A DNA stretch of 64,000 nt from the human T2T-CHM13v2.0 reference genome, Homo sapiens, in assembly GCF_009914755.1 (NCBI RefSeq), contig NC_060931.1. The stretch is one strand, 5' to 3'. The notes beneath the pieces were generated by a model. That model was not told where the DNA came from. It ran no database searches and saw nothing but the letters and a program-made list of their open reading frames with translations. Made by a program: the position numbers and the translations under genes. Of this stretch, positions 33,989 through 48,235 are shown piece after piece (the stretch's first letter is position 1; each line of letters begins with the position of its first letter).

Positions 33989-36900
33989 GTCTAGAATGTA
34001 GAAGGAGCTTCTAAAAATAAACTGGAAAAACAATTCAAAAATTGGCAAAAAAATTTAGGACATAAAAGACAAATGAAAAACAGAGAAAGCCATGTAGTTT
34101 ACATATACATGAATTACTTAAATTTACTAATAATGCAAGAAATGCAAATTTAAGTTATACTTATGTCCCTACTGAACAGGACAAATTTGGGTGTGGTACA
34201 ATACCATGCATTGTCAAATATGTAAATAAATAGAAATCCTCATGTACAGCTGGTAGAAGTGTAAATTTTTGTGGTTGTACTGGGAAGCAACTGGTCAGCG
34301 TACAGTCTGACCAGCAACTGGTCGGTGTACAGCTCCAGAAAGTTGAAGGCATATGAATATTATGTACCCTTTCTCCTAGGAATGTATGAGCAAAATATGG
34401 TACATGCTCACTGTTGAAAACTATAAAACAACAAACATGTATTAGAATGATGAGAATTACAAGATTGACAAGGTCAAGTGTTGGTGATGATGTGGTGAAG
34501 CTGGAACACTCACATCAAGCCGGTGAGAATATAAAATGGCACACTGGCTTTGTAAAGCAGTTCAACAGTCTGTTAAAAAGGTAAACATTCACCTACTCTG
34601 TGACCTAGCCATTCTACACTTAGGTATATATCTAAGATAAATGAAACATATGCCCACACAAAAACATACATGGTTGTTCATAACAGCTGTATTTGTAATA
34701 GCCAAAGTCTAGAAATGACCAAATGTCCATTAACAGGTGAATGGGTTAAAATATTTCATACAATGGAACACTACTAGGCAATAAAGAGGAAGAACTACTG
34801 ATATATGCTACAATGTAGATGAATCTCAGAACATTCTGTGCAAAAGAAGCCAGACAAAAATTAGTGCATACTGTATAATGACATTTATAGAAAGCTCTAG
34901 AAATAGCAAACTGATCTATAGTGACAGAAAACAAATTTGTAGCTGGGAAAGTAGTGGGAGGGTGCGATTACAAAGAGGCACAAGAAAACTTTTGTGGCTA
35001 ATGGATATGCTCCTTGAGTGTGGTAATGATTTTATTGATATATTCAAATGTCAAAACTCATCACTCATATACTTTGAAGATGTAAAGTTTACAGGATGTA
35101 AATTGTGCTGCAATAAAGTTGTACAAAAATTTAAAAAGAGTGAAAACAAGATGAAACAAGAAAGAATGAAAACAAGGGAAAGATAATTTTAACTAACCTA
35201 CCCATCTGTGCCTAAGGTTATCCAAATATTTCAAAGGAAAAATCATGCTTGACTAGATGTACTAAATGCACTCAGTTGTAACTCTTTAGAACCAGAGCTA
35301 ATCTGCATCCGTCATCCAGGGTTAGTTAAACTTACTATGGTAATAGAAGAAACTATCTGCCTTTGTTAGGCAAGCATTAAAACTACTAAACTTAAAAAAA
35401 AAATTAAAGGCAGCCACCAGTATCATGAAAAGCTAAAGTTAATAGTGTTTTCAAAATAAGGCTTATTAGGCAAACTTGCATTTGACACTTTAGCTACCAT
35501 GAACAATTTGAATGAGTCTGTCAAAGTGAATCAGTCTGGGCACCAGTCCTTCTCTTTCCTTGTGATCTACTTCAAGTGATTTTTACACCAATAAGTAAGA
35601 TATCAAGCTAGCTTTACTCCCCTTTGGAGTTAAAGAATAATACTCTTTTACTACAGGCTCTTATTATATATTAAATTTTTCATTACAAACTCGTGTTTAA
35701 AGGAAACTTACAACGCTGAGAATTTTGAAAAAAGAGTGATATTCAGATGCAAACATTCTTAGTGGATGTACTGTCTCAGAAGACTCATGTACTACTCTTA
35801 GGATGGAGAAGACTTTGGAAAATAGAAAATTCATGATCATTTTTCTCAAACTCCTAGCTGAAATTTGACATAGCATAATCAAGCCTAGAAGGAAACACAG
35901 TAAAAGAAAGTAGCAACCGAGTTATCCCATACATGTTAAAGTATGTTCAGCGGGTGCCCCTAAGGAATGAAAGGGGGAAATAGAGCGAGTTTATGGTAGT
36001 ACTCAAAACCACTTAGAAAAAGCTCTTCAGAGACCCTTCCTTAGAAAGACAAGGTTATTAATTTCAAGGTAACATTAAATCTGGGTAAAACAGAAGAAAG
36101 TCACCAATACATAGCAGAGTATCTTCCTCAGAATGTTGTAAGCGATTATAGAATGCCTAAGCTCTTTACAGCAAATCAGAAAATACCTGACAAACTGGAG
36201 TAAGCATGATGGTAATTTTCTTCCTAAGGAGAAAACAGTGATCCATCACTCTCACTCTGATACCTAATAAATGCTGGAGTCTCAGAGGGAATTACTTTTC
36301 ATTTTAGCTTTGCTACTAACTTTACATACAACTTTGCTCAAATATCAAGACTTCTATAATTCTTGCTTTTAAGAAAACTGCAAAAGTCTATCTTTGAAGA
36401 TTAATACAAATTGTAAGTTATTTTTGTCAAAAATATGTATTAAATGTTTTAAGCTTAGACAAAAAGAAATTATGTCACTAACTTTAAAAAATATAACTAA
36501 AGAATGTGACTCTTCAGGTGTAAAATATTAAAAAGAAATGCTTTCAAAATTAGATTGGAGACTACGTGAAATCTGTAGCTTGATATAATCAAATAACTTT
36601 GAGTCACTGCCATTTTACACTGACAGACATGTCAAAAGTTCCACTGAGAAAACCCTTGTATGTCATCAAAAGACTGTAAAGTGATATGCTTTTCAAAGAT
36701 GAGATCAAGCAGTCCCATTGAGTCTTACATTATAGCAGCATTGCAGTGTCATTTTATGAAGTGCCATGTGAAAAATACCATGACTTTAGGTAAGAGTAAC
36801 CAAAGTTTTTCCTAGATAGAGTACTAAATACAAGTAGATTTTTATATTTACTACACAGTAATCCTAATTATCTGTTTTTTTATTCTGCAAGAAAAGAAAG

Positions 36901-37001
36901 GTTGATTCTATAACCTTTTTAATTTACAGTTAGCTGACTGAAGTGCATGCAAATTGAAATAAAATGGCAGCCCTGGGACATTCTAAAACACGACACATGA
37001 G

Positions 37002-37015
37002 GTTGCCAGGGTAAC
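37002..37015. promoter_or_regulatory. RFX X-box motif
   Basis: GTTGCCAGGGTAAC, 13/14 match to GTTRCCATGGYAAC, in non-repetitive DNA. Confidence 0.5.
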
Positions 37016-38643
37016 CCACCAGGAGGCTGTCTTGGCATCTTCTGGAATAAAATGGGAAGAAAACATCATAGTGAACAGATGGGGGATGGGGATCTGCTGG
37101 CGGGATTATACAATAAAAGTGTTGCAAAAAACTACAGCTCCATCAAATTGCGTCCAAACAAAAAGGAACAAAGTATCTCTCACACTTCAAATGCTTAAAT
37201 CAGGCAGTATTTATGATCCAAAAGAGTGGAATATTTTAAAAATTATTCAAAATGTTATTTAAATGATGTAAATTTTAAAGTCACTATTAAATAATATTTA
37301 TCAATTTTTATACTTACAAAAATTCAACAGACGTATATAACTTATATTCAAGGTACAGAAGTGGTTTTAAATGTGTAATATTTTACTATTTTGGAGGGCA
37401 GTAGGGAGGCAGGTAACATATCTCAGAAAATAATTTCAAGATGTAAGATCCCAACAGAACAATGGCAGAAAAGAAAAGATGACACTAACGAATCATTCCA
37501 GCTAATTGTTAATTTTATGTTTATCCCTGACATTCTTTTAGAGTTACAAAGTATTCCTTTGATTAGGGGTTGTTGCTTTATATTTTGCATTGCTACTGTT
37601 TCCATTAAACATACACAAAAAGCTTAATTCCCTCTCTCTGAAGAGCTGATTTTCTCCAACAAAGTTATTCTATAAATAGTCAGTGAATCTCCTTGGCCTG
37701 TCCTTAGGCTTTTTTTCTCTCTCCTCTGTCCCTGAAGATTGAATAAAAACTCTCTGAGCTGATGAAGGACACACCTGGAGATAGGCTGCTTTAGTGATGT
37801 GTGCATGGGAAATTCCACAGCACACACGGTTGTCATAGCTAAATTGTGTTTAAGAATTATACATACAAACAATGTTTCACTGAGAAAAAGGAATTTAAAA
37901 ACAATATTATATCATTTCAGATGTTTATAAACTTGATAACTGCATTTTTCTTTTCATGAAAAATATAGAATGTACGTCTTTGGCAACATTGCCCATCATA
38001 AGATAACTGGAATCTCTGATTCTATATTTTGGATGACAGTAATCCAATTGATTTGTCTTTAAAAATCAAATGGATTATTTTATGTTGTATATTAATTCAA
38101 AACAACCAATATTATTTTGCTGTTCTGGTGCAGTGGAGATCGATCTTAGGGCACAATCTTCCTTTGAAGAAACTATTTTCCTTTTAATGATTAGCAGATA
38201 CAGTCCTCCATCTGGTCATATCACTATTTTCTTTGAAATTTTTCAGTGTTTCTTATCACCTACAGACTAGTAAGGTCTCCTTACTGTAAATCATAGGGCT
38301 CCTCTCAATTAAATTCCTAGATTTCTGCATATACGCAAACTAGGCTCCAGCCACCAGAATTTCCCATTATCTCTGAACATACAGGACTACGTTGCATTTA
38401 TTTTTGTCTCTCTGGGGCATCCTTCTCCTTTTCTGAAAGCCTGCTTTAGCCCAGCTCACATGTCACATCTTCTGTGAAATAGTATGCCCTCTTCTTCTCT
38501 CCTAAGGAAGGTGACTAATTTTTTCTCTGCTCCTATAGCAGTTTGCATTGATCTAATATAACATTGATCACTGAGCACACTGTGACATGTTTTAGAACTC
38601 TATCTTCCATGTATGATATAATTCTTGAAGATGGATTTATGTC

Positions 38644-39762
38644 TTTTTAATTTTTTATTTTTTATTATGCTTTAAGTTCTGGGATACATGTGTAGAACAT
38701 GCAGGTTTGTTACATAGGGTATACACTTGCCATGGTTTGCTGCACCCATCAACCCATCATCTACATTAGGTATTTCTCCTAATGCTATCCCTCCCCTAGC
38801 CCCCTATCCCCCCACCCACCCTGACAGGCCCCAGTGTGTGATGTTCCCCTGCCTGTGTCCATGTGTTCTTGTTGTTCAATTCCCATTTATGAGTGAGAAC
38901 ATGCAGTGTTTGGTTTTCTGTTCGAGTGTTAGTTTGCTGAGAATGATGGTTTCCAGCTTCATCCATGTCCCTGCAAAGGACATAAACTCATCCGTTTTTA
39001 TGGCTGCATAGTATTCCATGGTGCATATGTGCCACATTTTCTCTATCCAGTATATCACTGATGGACTTTTGGGTTGGTTCCAAGTCTTTGCTATTGTGAA
39101 TAGTGCTGCAATAAACATACGTGTGGATGTATCTTTAGAGTAGAATGATTTATAATCCTTTGGGTATATACCCAGTAACAGGATTGCTGGGTCAAACGGT
39201 ATTTCTGATTCTAGATCCTTGAGGAATCGCCACACTATCTTCCATAATGGCTGAACTAATTTACATTCCCACCAACAGTGTAAAAGCCTTCCTATTTCTC
39301 GACAACCTCTCCAGCATCTGTTGTTTCCTGACTTTTTAATGATCACCGTTCTAACTGGTGTGAGATGGTATCTCACTGTGGTTTTGATTTGCATTTCTCT
39401 AATGACCAGTGATGATGAGCTTTTTTTCATGTTTGTTGGCCACATAAATGTCTTCTTTTGAGAAGTGTCTGTTCATATCCTTCACCCACTTTTAGAAGGG
39501 GTTGTTTGTTTTTTTTCTTGTAAATTTGTTTAAGTTCCTTGTAGATTCTGGATGTTAACCCTTTTTCAGATGGATAGATTGCAAAACTTTTCTCCCATTC
39601 TGTGGGTTGCCTGTTCACTCTGATGATAGTTTCTTTTGCTGTGCAGAAACTCTTTAGTTTAATTAGACCCCATTTGTCAATTTTGGCTTTGTTGCCATTG
39701 TTTTTGTTGTTTTAGTCATGAAATCTTTGCCCGTGCCTACGTCCTGAATGGTATTGCCTAGG
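38644..39762 (-). mobile_element. L1PA7-like 3' end, 5'-truncated, inside an L2 remnant
   Basis: ORF2 C-terminus ORF 38876-39445; 3' UTR ctttaagttctgggatacatgtg...ccctcccctagcccc. Confidence 0.92.
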
Positions 39763-40126
39763 GAAGATATATGTATTGTTCATTTTAAATCACTGGTACC
39801 TAGGAGAATCTCCGGTACACACGAGGCAATCAACAAATGTTTGCCAAATATTGAATGAACTGTTTCAGGCATACAGTGCGGAAGATCCTAGGAGTGATGA
39901 CTAGTCTGAGGGGCAGGTGATACAGGGAGTTAAGTTAGCTTGAGAGTCCTGGATCCATAACTAGATTATTTCTAAAGTGTGTATTATTTCAGAGTCAACT
40001 AGTGATTCAGGATCAGGTGTATGGTTAAGCAAATGCATCTGCTTTTTACATAAACACTCCAGTTGATTCTCACACCAAGGCTTGGGTATTAAGACATAGA
40101 CTATCGAAGAGCACTTCACATGAATC

Positions 40127-40785
40127 TGTTGGAACTCAGAAAATAATATTCCAAAATAAGAGCCTCAGAAACAGCCTGAAAAGTAAGTTTTTTTCCTGAC
40201 CTTTACCTGCCCTCCTGTCTCTCAGTCCCATTCTCCCCAAGGGCTAGCCATAAAAATTAAAATACCTCTTCCCCAGGGTGAGTCATTATAGAAACTAGAA
40301 TCCCTTTTCACCAAAGCCAGCCATAAATACTAAAAATATTACTCTAACTCCCTACCCCTCTTTCTGTGTAAAAACTGGCCATAAAGAAATTATCTGACCA
40401 ACTTTATTTGAATATAGGTCATAAAACCCCCATTCCAGAGAGGGTCCTGATCCTTACTCAGAAGGAAAAAATACAGACACCAGAGAGGAAAAGAAGAATT
40501 TATACAGACAGGCCTTGCTGTGTTTCCCCATTCCATCTGTTAACATCAGATCATATTCTTTTTGTTGAATCATATTTCTACGTGGCTGTCCATACATTGT
40601 TAAACCTAAATGTAAAAATAGACAATTTTCCTCCTATCATTGGGCCCTCATTCTAAAGTCTCCTGTGTCATGTAAATCTATGATCAAATAAATTTGTATG
40701 CCTCTTCTCCTATTAATCTCCCTCTTGTCAACATTTTTAGCAAACCTTCAGAGAACAAAGAAAAGGTTTTCCCTTGGCCCCAACA
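40127..40785 (+). mobile_element. MER39 (ERV1) solo LTR
   Basis: TGTTGGAACTCAGAAAA...cctgccctcctgtctctcagtcccattctcccc...cccttggccccaaCA; AATAAA at ~40687. Confidence 0.85.
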
Positions 40786-40875
40786 CACCAAGAAAAAAAA
40801 GGCATTCTAACATAAAAAATTATAAACAATTTCCTAAAACTTGAAATATTTTCCATTAAATGCCTGTTCCACTTT

Positions 40876-41217
40876 TGTTGAGGGACATTTCCTGAGTTTA
40901 GCTAAAGATGCGCTTTTTGTCACATGACCACCAAAGATTAGGCTCGCAGACAATTTGAAAGGTAAGTAAGGCTGGGTTTTATTGAGTGAAAAAGGAAGAA
41001 AAGGGGAATCAGGGACTCGTAACAAAGTGAGAGTTCCTGCTGGAGTGCTTCTCACCTGGCAGATTGAATGCCGGGTTCCACCCAAGAAGAGGAAGAGCCC
41101 GGCTCCTTTCCCCTGCGAAGTGCACAAACTTCTGTGGCTCCACTCCAGCCTGCATTCTTCCCAGTGCTCAGGTCGGGTGGAGTTTCTCTGGGAACCCCTT
41201 CCCACCTTGCTGTCTCA
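40876..41217 (-). mobile_element. MER61 (MER61A-like, ERV1) solo LTR
   Basis: Reverse complement begins TGAGACAGCAAGGTGGGAAGGGGTTCCCAGAGAAACTCC; 4-bp TSD CTTT (40872-40875, 41218-41221). Confidence 0.85.
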
Positions 41218-43784
41218 CTTTGTTTTAAGCAAATGCAGTATGTAAGTCATGCTTATTATCAAGCATAAAATGTAATCTGCCTCCAATTTTTTTAAGTCTT
41301 GTCTCTATCAATTCAGGGAGCAGTTTTCAAGGGCAAAAACTGATAGTCTCAGTTAGATAACACACTGCCTCCTGTCAAGGTCAGAAGAGTACCCATTAAT
41401 ATGATCTTTGTAGCCTCCAAGCAAGTCAGAACAAGGAACCCTGGAGTTCCTGCAGTGAGAATCTTAGTATTCTTTGTATTTGAGAGAATCAGAGTCAAGA
41501 GTCTATGGAATGAGTATCAAGTATAGAAAACCACTGCAGTGCTCACATCATGGACTGATGTCTCTGCTGCTTGGTAAATAAACACTGGGCACCAAAAAGC
41601 TGGCACAATTACTGGCTAAATTTCAAATTTTGAAATAATTTAATTGGTTAAGCTAAGCTTGTTTGAAAAGTTAGCACACTGGTATTTATATATTTCAGCT
41701 GATCTTTTTCTAATACTGCTTTTTGCTAGTGAGTTCCAAGGATCCCCAAGGTGAGGTTCCATGGAAAGGTGGGATGGAGCGGTATGAAGGAGATGCTAAA
41801 TGTGCTTGTCTGCCATCTCCACTACCTAAAATTCTGTGGGAATTAGAACTATAACTGATCTTGAAGCCACAAACACAGTATATGGTGTTAAGCCCTGCAT
41901 AGTCATAGCCTACACCAACTTCTCTGCAGGTATGAGCTAATACATTCAAACCTGTGATTCTAACTCCCTCTTAGATTTCAATACCAGTTCTCAAATAGAA
42001 AAGTAACATGTCTCTGATATACAGTTCCTTTGATTGGTTCTAATGTCCTGACTTGCCTTAACTCTTTCCATCACCCTTAAAGTGCTGGACAGTGCTACCT
42101 GTATACCCCCATCCCAATCCCAATCACTGGCCAGAATTCTTGTCTGATGGGCAGATCACCTAGACAAAGATGCCACTACCTCTCACATTGTGCCAGCTAG
42201 ACTTCTTATATTACTAAACCCAAGTGAAGCATAGGGCTCTATCATTTAGCCACCATTACCTGCTCCATGACTTTTTGCTCTAAGTCCTTCAGATAATATG
42301 CAGGTAATCATTCACTGCAAGACTCAGCTCTGCAGCTAGATTTATTTTCTTGCCTCCATCAAGCTGCATCTTTATTTCCTCCTTTTTAAAAATCACCCTG
42401 AGATTTCAGCATGCTTTACTATTAAGCTTTTATGTGCTACAACGTGATTATGTCCTGATTATGCCATGAACATACTGGGAAAGTAATGCATTATCTGTTG
42501 CTGAGAGTCTGAAAGTCTAACTTTTGCTAAAAAAAAAAAAAAGTCACATCATTTAAGAACAAAATCATTGAAGACATCAGAGTTGCCCTGGTTGATCTTC
42601 TGGCACATTTACTTATAAAGGCAGTATTTACTTGTATATTAAAAACATTCTTTCTTCTGTCTTTCAGAAATTCATAGATTATTTTCAAAAAAAAATAAAA
42701 AATAGAAAGAAGAAGAATAGAGAAGAGAATCTTTTCTATTCCCTTCTGTACTCTCTTCATGAGGGAGGAAGCATCATTCTTAAGAGAAAACATATCTGGG
42801 AACTGATAGAATTCCAGGGGAATTCCATTGATTATAAAGGGGAATTATCAACATTTTGGCTGGGTATTGTTGTTTTATATTTTTTAAATTTTACTTATTT
42901 GTATCTTTCTCATATGACTTGTTAGTAGAAATGGTTAAAGCTTTAATATTGTTGGATTGAATAGGAGACAAATTAGACAGAAGAAAATGACAGAAATGGA
43001 AAGGAAGAAAAACAAGAAACAATGTCAAAACTAAAAATAAATTTCTTCCTAATAACATTCTTCAAAATGCTGTGACATCTAATAAACAATATAGCCTAGG
43101 GGTCAGTGGACCCCAGATTCTCCAAAAATGTGATATGTCTCTACTTTACGGATTTCACGAAACAGTGCGTGAAAAGCAGCCCTGAAAAAAGCAGACAGAG
43201 GAACTTTATTTGCTTTCCATCTTTACCCTACTTTCATGGTCCTCTGCAGACTAGTAATGCAAAATGCTATAACCTCCCCATCTGCCCTGCTCACAGAGCT
43301 ATAATACTAAAGAATAAGTGTATATATAAATCAATGCTATGAAACATCCATTTCTATTTATTAATTTCACTAAAACTTGACAATTATGCCAGTAATTTGC
43401 TGAAGATAGGAAAAGCTCTTTAGTAACTTACCTGAGTGGAGACTTAGAACTAAATCCAATGCTGCAAATTAAACATAATTTTGATATCTTAACCAAGTTA
43501 CTTCTCCATTGTACTTATTACATATATATCTAAGTGCTCCTTCAGTGATGAAAATATAAACAAAGGAAAATGAAATATCTTCAGTTTTTGTTAGAAAGTA
43601 ATATGAAAATTGTTTCCAAATGTGTTACCAAGGAAAAATACAGAGTTGCATAGTTTAGTAATAGCAGTAGCAGCAAGCCAGTAACTACAGTGATAGATAG
43701 ATATTATGTCCTAAACAGAATATGGTCACATAAAACCTCAAAACCAAGCATCAATCTTATATGTTGAACCTTATGAATAAGGAT

Positions 43785-44590
43785 AGTTGTTAACTGACAT
43801 TTATTAAGCACTATGTGCCATTCACTGGGCTAAACATTCTAATTGTATTATTTCATTAACTTCTCACAAAATCTTACAAGGTTGATTCTAGAAGGCAAGA
43901 GTTAATAGCTACATATGTGGCTTTCCCTCTAGCTTTTGGGATGCCCAAGAATTTGGCCTTTGATCAAGTTTCCTAGCAATATATTCCACAAAATGTATAG
44001 AAAAATGGGATGTAAGAGAGAAAATAAGTGAAAATCTCACCAAGAACTCTGTACTGGACCAAGCACCTACTTTATTGTCTCAAGCAAGTAATGAATATAT
44101 TGATAAAGAGCAACTTCTCTGAAGACTGGTGTCAATTATGAGCACCTAAGGTAACCGTGTGCCTAACTAAATAAAAAAGCTAAAGGGATAGCTGTGCTAA
44201 TTGCCCTCATAAGCCAAGGTTGCCCAGCACCATCTCTCATGATCATATAGTTCCAAATGTGAAATGACTGGCATATAAAAGCAGTACATTGCCACAAAGG
44301 ATACATAGCCTCTGCTATGTTGTTGCTATGCATGCTCTGTGATTCCCTTCCTGTCCCTCCTTAAACCTAAAAATGTTGATGCTGGTTAAAAGATACTGAG
44401 TCTCATGACCTCAATGGTCAAGTCAAACCTTAGACCATCACTGTTAGTACAACAGAGCAGATTTGCAAGGACTATTTGTTATCTCTATTTTGCAGATAAG
44501 AAAATGTAGGCTTAGAGAATAAGCTCTAAGTATCTGAACCAGTTGTGAAATTGTCTGACATCAAAGAATGTGCTTTTAAGTAATACCACA
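43785..44590. mobile_element. MIR split by a ~580-bp LTR-like insertion (family not assigned)
   Basis: MIR halves at ~43785-43885 and ~44470-44590; the insert has TATAAAA and ends ...gatttgCA. Confidence 0.45.
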
Positions 44591-45883
44591 TATTTTATCT
44601 ATTTTGCTTCCTGCCAACTTCCCAAGTGCAGTTATGGGATGCCTGACTTTTGTTTGCTGATGACATCATCTTTAACTCCATTTTGATAGTTGACATATAA
44701 CTGAATTAAATGTACTCTCAGAGGATGAAAAATATTACTATACTACAGAATATCTATCTAATATGCAAAGCATCTGCCCCCCAGGTCTCTCTGATTTCTT
44801 TGCTTCCATTACTCAAAATATCCCTGAAGTCCCAGAATCTCTCCTCCAGAGCTTAGGAGAGGATAATAACTCTTTTCTCAGCTTATTTACATATGCATCT
44901 GTAAGTCTTTTGCTGATCTCTTCTAAAATGCTCCAAACCTCAGGTTCTTATTTTTCAATTTCTTATTTAATGTCAGTATAATTTATTTGCCTGAATATTC
45001 TTTATATGACTGTTCTCATCAATGTTAGCAAAGACTACAACTACCTTAAGGGTAGGGACTATGTCTGCCAATATCTTCTATGTGCCCAGAAATCATAGTT
45101 GCTTAACAGTAATACATATTATAATAAAACAATCATTAATTCACATATGTGGTATACAGAGCTTTTGATATAAATAAATGGAGATCTACTAAATTCACTT
45201 AGATTAACATTTTTATAGAACACCTAAATAAAAAGTTGAAATTTATGAACCTGAATTTATGTTGGAGGTTGCATGAAGAGAAATTTCATCTGTGTTAGAA
45301 TTCTGTACTAGCCTTAGGTATAGGAAACTTTATTCCCTTTTGCTATTACTTTTAAAGAAGAGATAAATTTTACCACAAAACCTGCACAAACTTAATCATG
45401 AAAAGAGAAGAAGTTACTTTATCTTCTACCTTAACTTTAAAATAAAAATAACACAATGACCTGGCTCTGCTTTTTATAAAGTCACATGGAAAATATCCAC
45501 CTTTCACTTTTGTGTGCCCAATTTACAACTTGCCTTTGTATTTTACTGTGTTAATCTTTCAGAGTTCTTCTACCATACAAATTCCAGAAGCACAATTATG
45601 AGTAGATTTTACATCTAAATAAATCATATTTGGTTTCTGTACCCACGCACCTAGTCAATAATGACAGGATACTTTCTAGAGATACTTGCAAATATAAGAA
45701 ACTTTTGAAGGATGCATATTATGGAAGGTAAAGATTTTTTCCTAATAAAAATTATTTTTTTCCAAAAAAAATAAGGCAATATAGACTCACTGTTATCTAT
45801 TATACCCACTTCCTTGTTCAATGATTTTACTAACTTACATAAAAATTCAATTGTCTTTCCCTAATTTATTATACCATTGTTCC

Positions 45884-46208
45884 TTTTTTTTTTTTTTTTT
45901 TTTTGGCAGAGTCTCACTCTGTTGCCTAGGCTGCCAGGCTGGAGTGCAGTAGTGCTATCTTAGCTTACTGCCACCTACGCAGCCTCCCGGGTTCAAGGGA
46001 TTCTCGTGCCTTAGCCTTCCAAGAGTCTGGGATTTCAGGTGTGCGCCACCATACCTGGATAATTTTTTGGTTTTGTTTTTTGGGGGGTGGGGAGGAAAAG
46101 ACAGGGTTTTGCTATGTTGACCAGGCTAGTCTCAAACTCCTGACCTCAAGTGACTACCTCAGCCTCCCAAAGCACTGTGATTACAGGCCTGAGGCACTGC
46201 ACCTGGCC
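45884..46208 (-). mobile_element. Alu (S/J), full length, G-rich mutated linker
   Basis: T-run and Alu dimer; TSD CCATTGTTC (45874-45882, 46209-46217). Confidence 0.92.
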
Positions 46209-46462
46209 CCATTGTTCTTTTTATGACATCTAACCGAGGGTATATATTTTTAAAAATCTCTATCAAATAATTGAAGGCATAATTATATTTTAAAGAGGAG
46301 TTTCAATACATTGTAATATGATCTTCCTGCAAAGCATACAAAGTTATTATAGTTTCCCTTTCACAGAGGAAAACAGTCTAACTCTCAAAAGTTAAATTAG
46401 TGAATACCAGAGCATATATTTGAACCAGTCTATCTGGTTTTATTTGTAGTTTATGATATTTT

Positions 46463-46777
<315 letters not shown>

Positions 46778-46860
46778 ACAATGCTTAATTTTAACATTGT
46801 AATTATAGAAGTAATATATATACACTGTTAAAAAAATCAATGCCAACAAAACTATACCAC

Positions 46861-47287
46861 TGCTATAGTTTGGAAATGGTTTATTTTCCCCACCAAATCT
46901 CATGTAGAAATTTGATCATCTGTGTGGCAGTGTTGGGAGGTGGGGCCTAATGGTTGGATCATGGGAATAGATCATTTCTGAATAGATGAATACCCTCCCT
47001 GGGTGGAGTGAGGTGTGAGTGCATCCTTGCTCTGTTAGTTCCCACTAGATCTTGTTAAAAAGAGCCTGACACTTCCCTCCTCTCTCCCTTGCTTTCTTTC
47101 TCACTGTGTGATCTCTGTAGATGCCAGCTCCCCTTCTTCTGCCATGAGTGGAAGCAGCCTGAGGCCCTCACCAGATACCCAGTCTCAAAACTTCCAGCCA
47201 GCAGAGTTGTGGCCCAATAAGCCCTTTTTCTTTATAAATTAAACAGCCTTAGGTATTTCTTATAGAGACACAAAATGGACTAAGACA
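46861..47287 (+). mobile_element. MSTB-like (ERVL-MaLR) solo LTR
   Basis: TGCTATAGTTTGG...GGACTAAGACA; 5-bp TSD ACCAC/CCCAC. Confidence 0.88.
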
Positions 47288-48194
47288 CCCACAGAGCTAA
47301 CACCTGTTTATATTTCAGTATATTCGTTTCTAGTTATATATATTTACATATATATCAATATATTGGACATAATATGTAACTATGATACTTAGTGTTGACA
47401 TATTTTTCTATTTATATATATCCAAGAGCAAATGTGTTATTGTCATGTGTATTTTAAAAAGATTTTTGCAAATGCAGTTTTACATTCTGCTTTTAAATTT
47501 ACAAGTTAGCAAGCATTTTTGTGCATCATTAAATACTCTTCATTCACATTTTAAAGGATTGCATAATACTCCCTTGTAATAATTTACAATGTTGTAACTT
47601 ACAATGTTAACTTTTACAACCACTGTTGTTAAGTATTTAGATTGTTCAAAAAATGAAATTGGCCAAGTAAATTGTTTTTGAGATTGGCAATGTTTATGGC
47701 TTCCCTTTCACTACCACCATCCACCTTTACTCATTCCTCAGTTCTGAGTAATATGAATTCCCTGCTCTACCATTCAACTGAAACTGTTCTTGCCAAAGCA
47801 GTTTATAGCCTTTCTGTGACTAAATCTGATGATTATCTGTTATGGTTCTTAACTGACTGATTTCCAGGGACTGACACTGTAGATGACTTCCTTCTTTTCT
47901 TGTCTTGGCCTATATAATGCCACATTCATTTATTTTCACTCAGTGATTTCTCCTCCTTTCAAATTTTGGCTTAAAAATCCAACTCCCCAAAGAGGCCCTC
48001 CCAAAACACCCACTCTAAGCAAGTTTCCCACTCCTATACACCCTGAATACTGTTGACTAAGAGACTTAGCACAGGTTATTATTTAAAAAAAAAAAAAAGT
48101 TTGTCTCTTTATTCAATAGATGGAAAATAATAAACTGCAAGAAATATATGTATTTTATGTACCAATGTATACCCATGGTATATCACTATGTCTG

Positions 48195-48235
48195 ACCCTG
48201 TGTATTGTGGTTAATACCCTGTGTATTGTGGTTAA
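48195..48235. repeat. Perfect tandem duplication, 21-bp period
   Basis: ACCCTGTGTATTGTGGTTAA at 48195-48214 and 48216-48235. Confidence 0.95.

Noticed and set aside
40876-41217. p53 response element in MER61
   Set aside because: Some MER61 subfamilies carry p53 sites, but I see no paired RRRCWWGYYY motif in this copy
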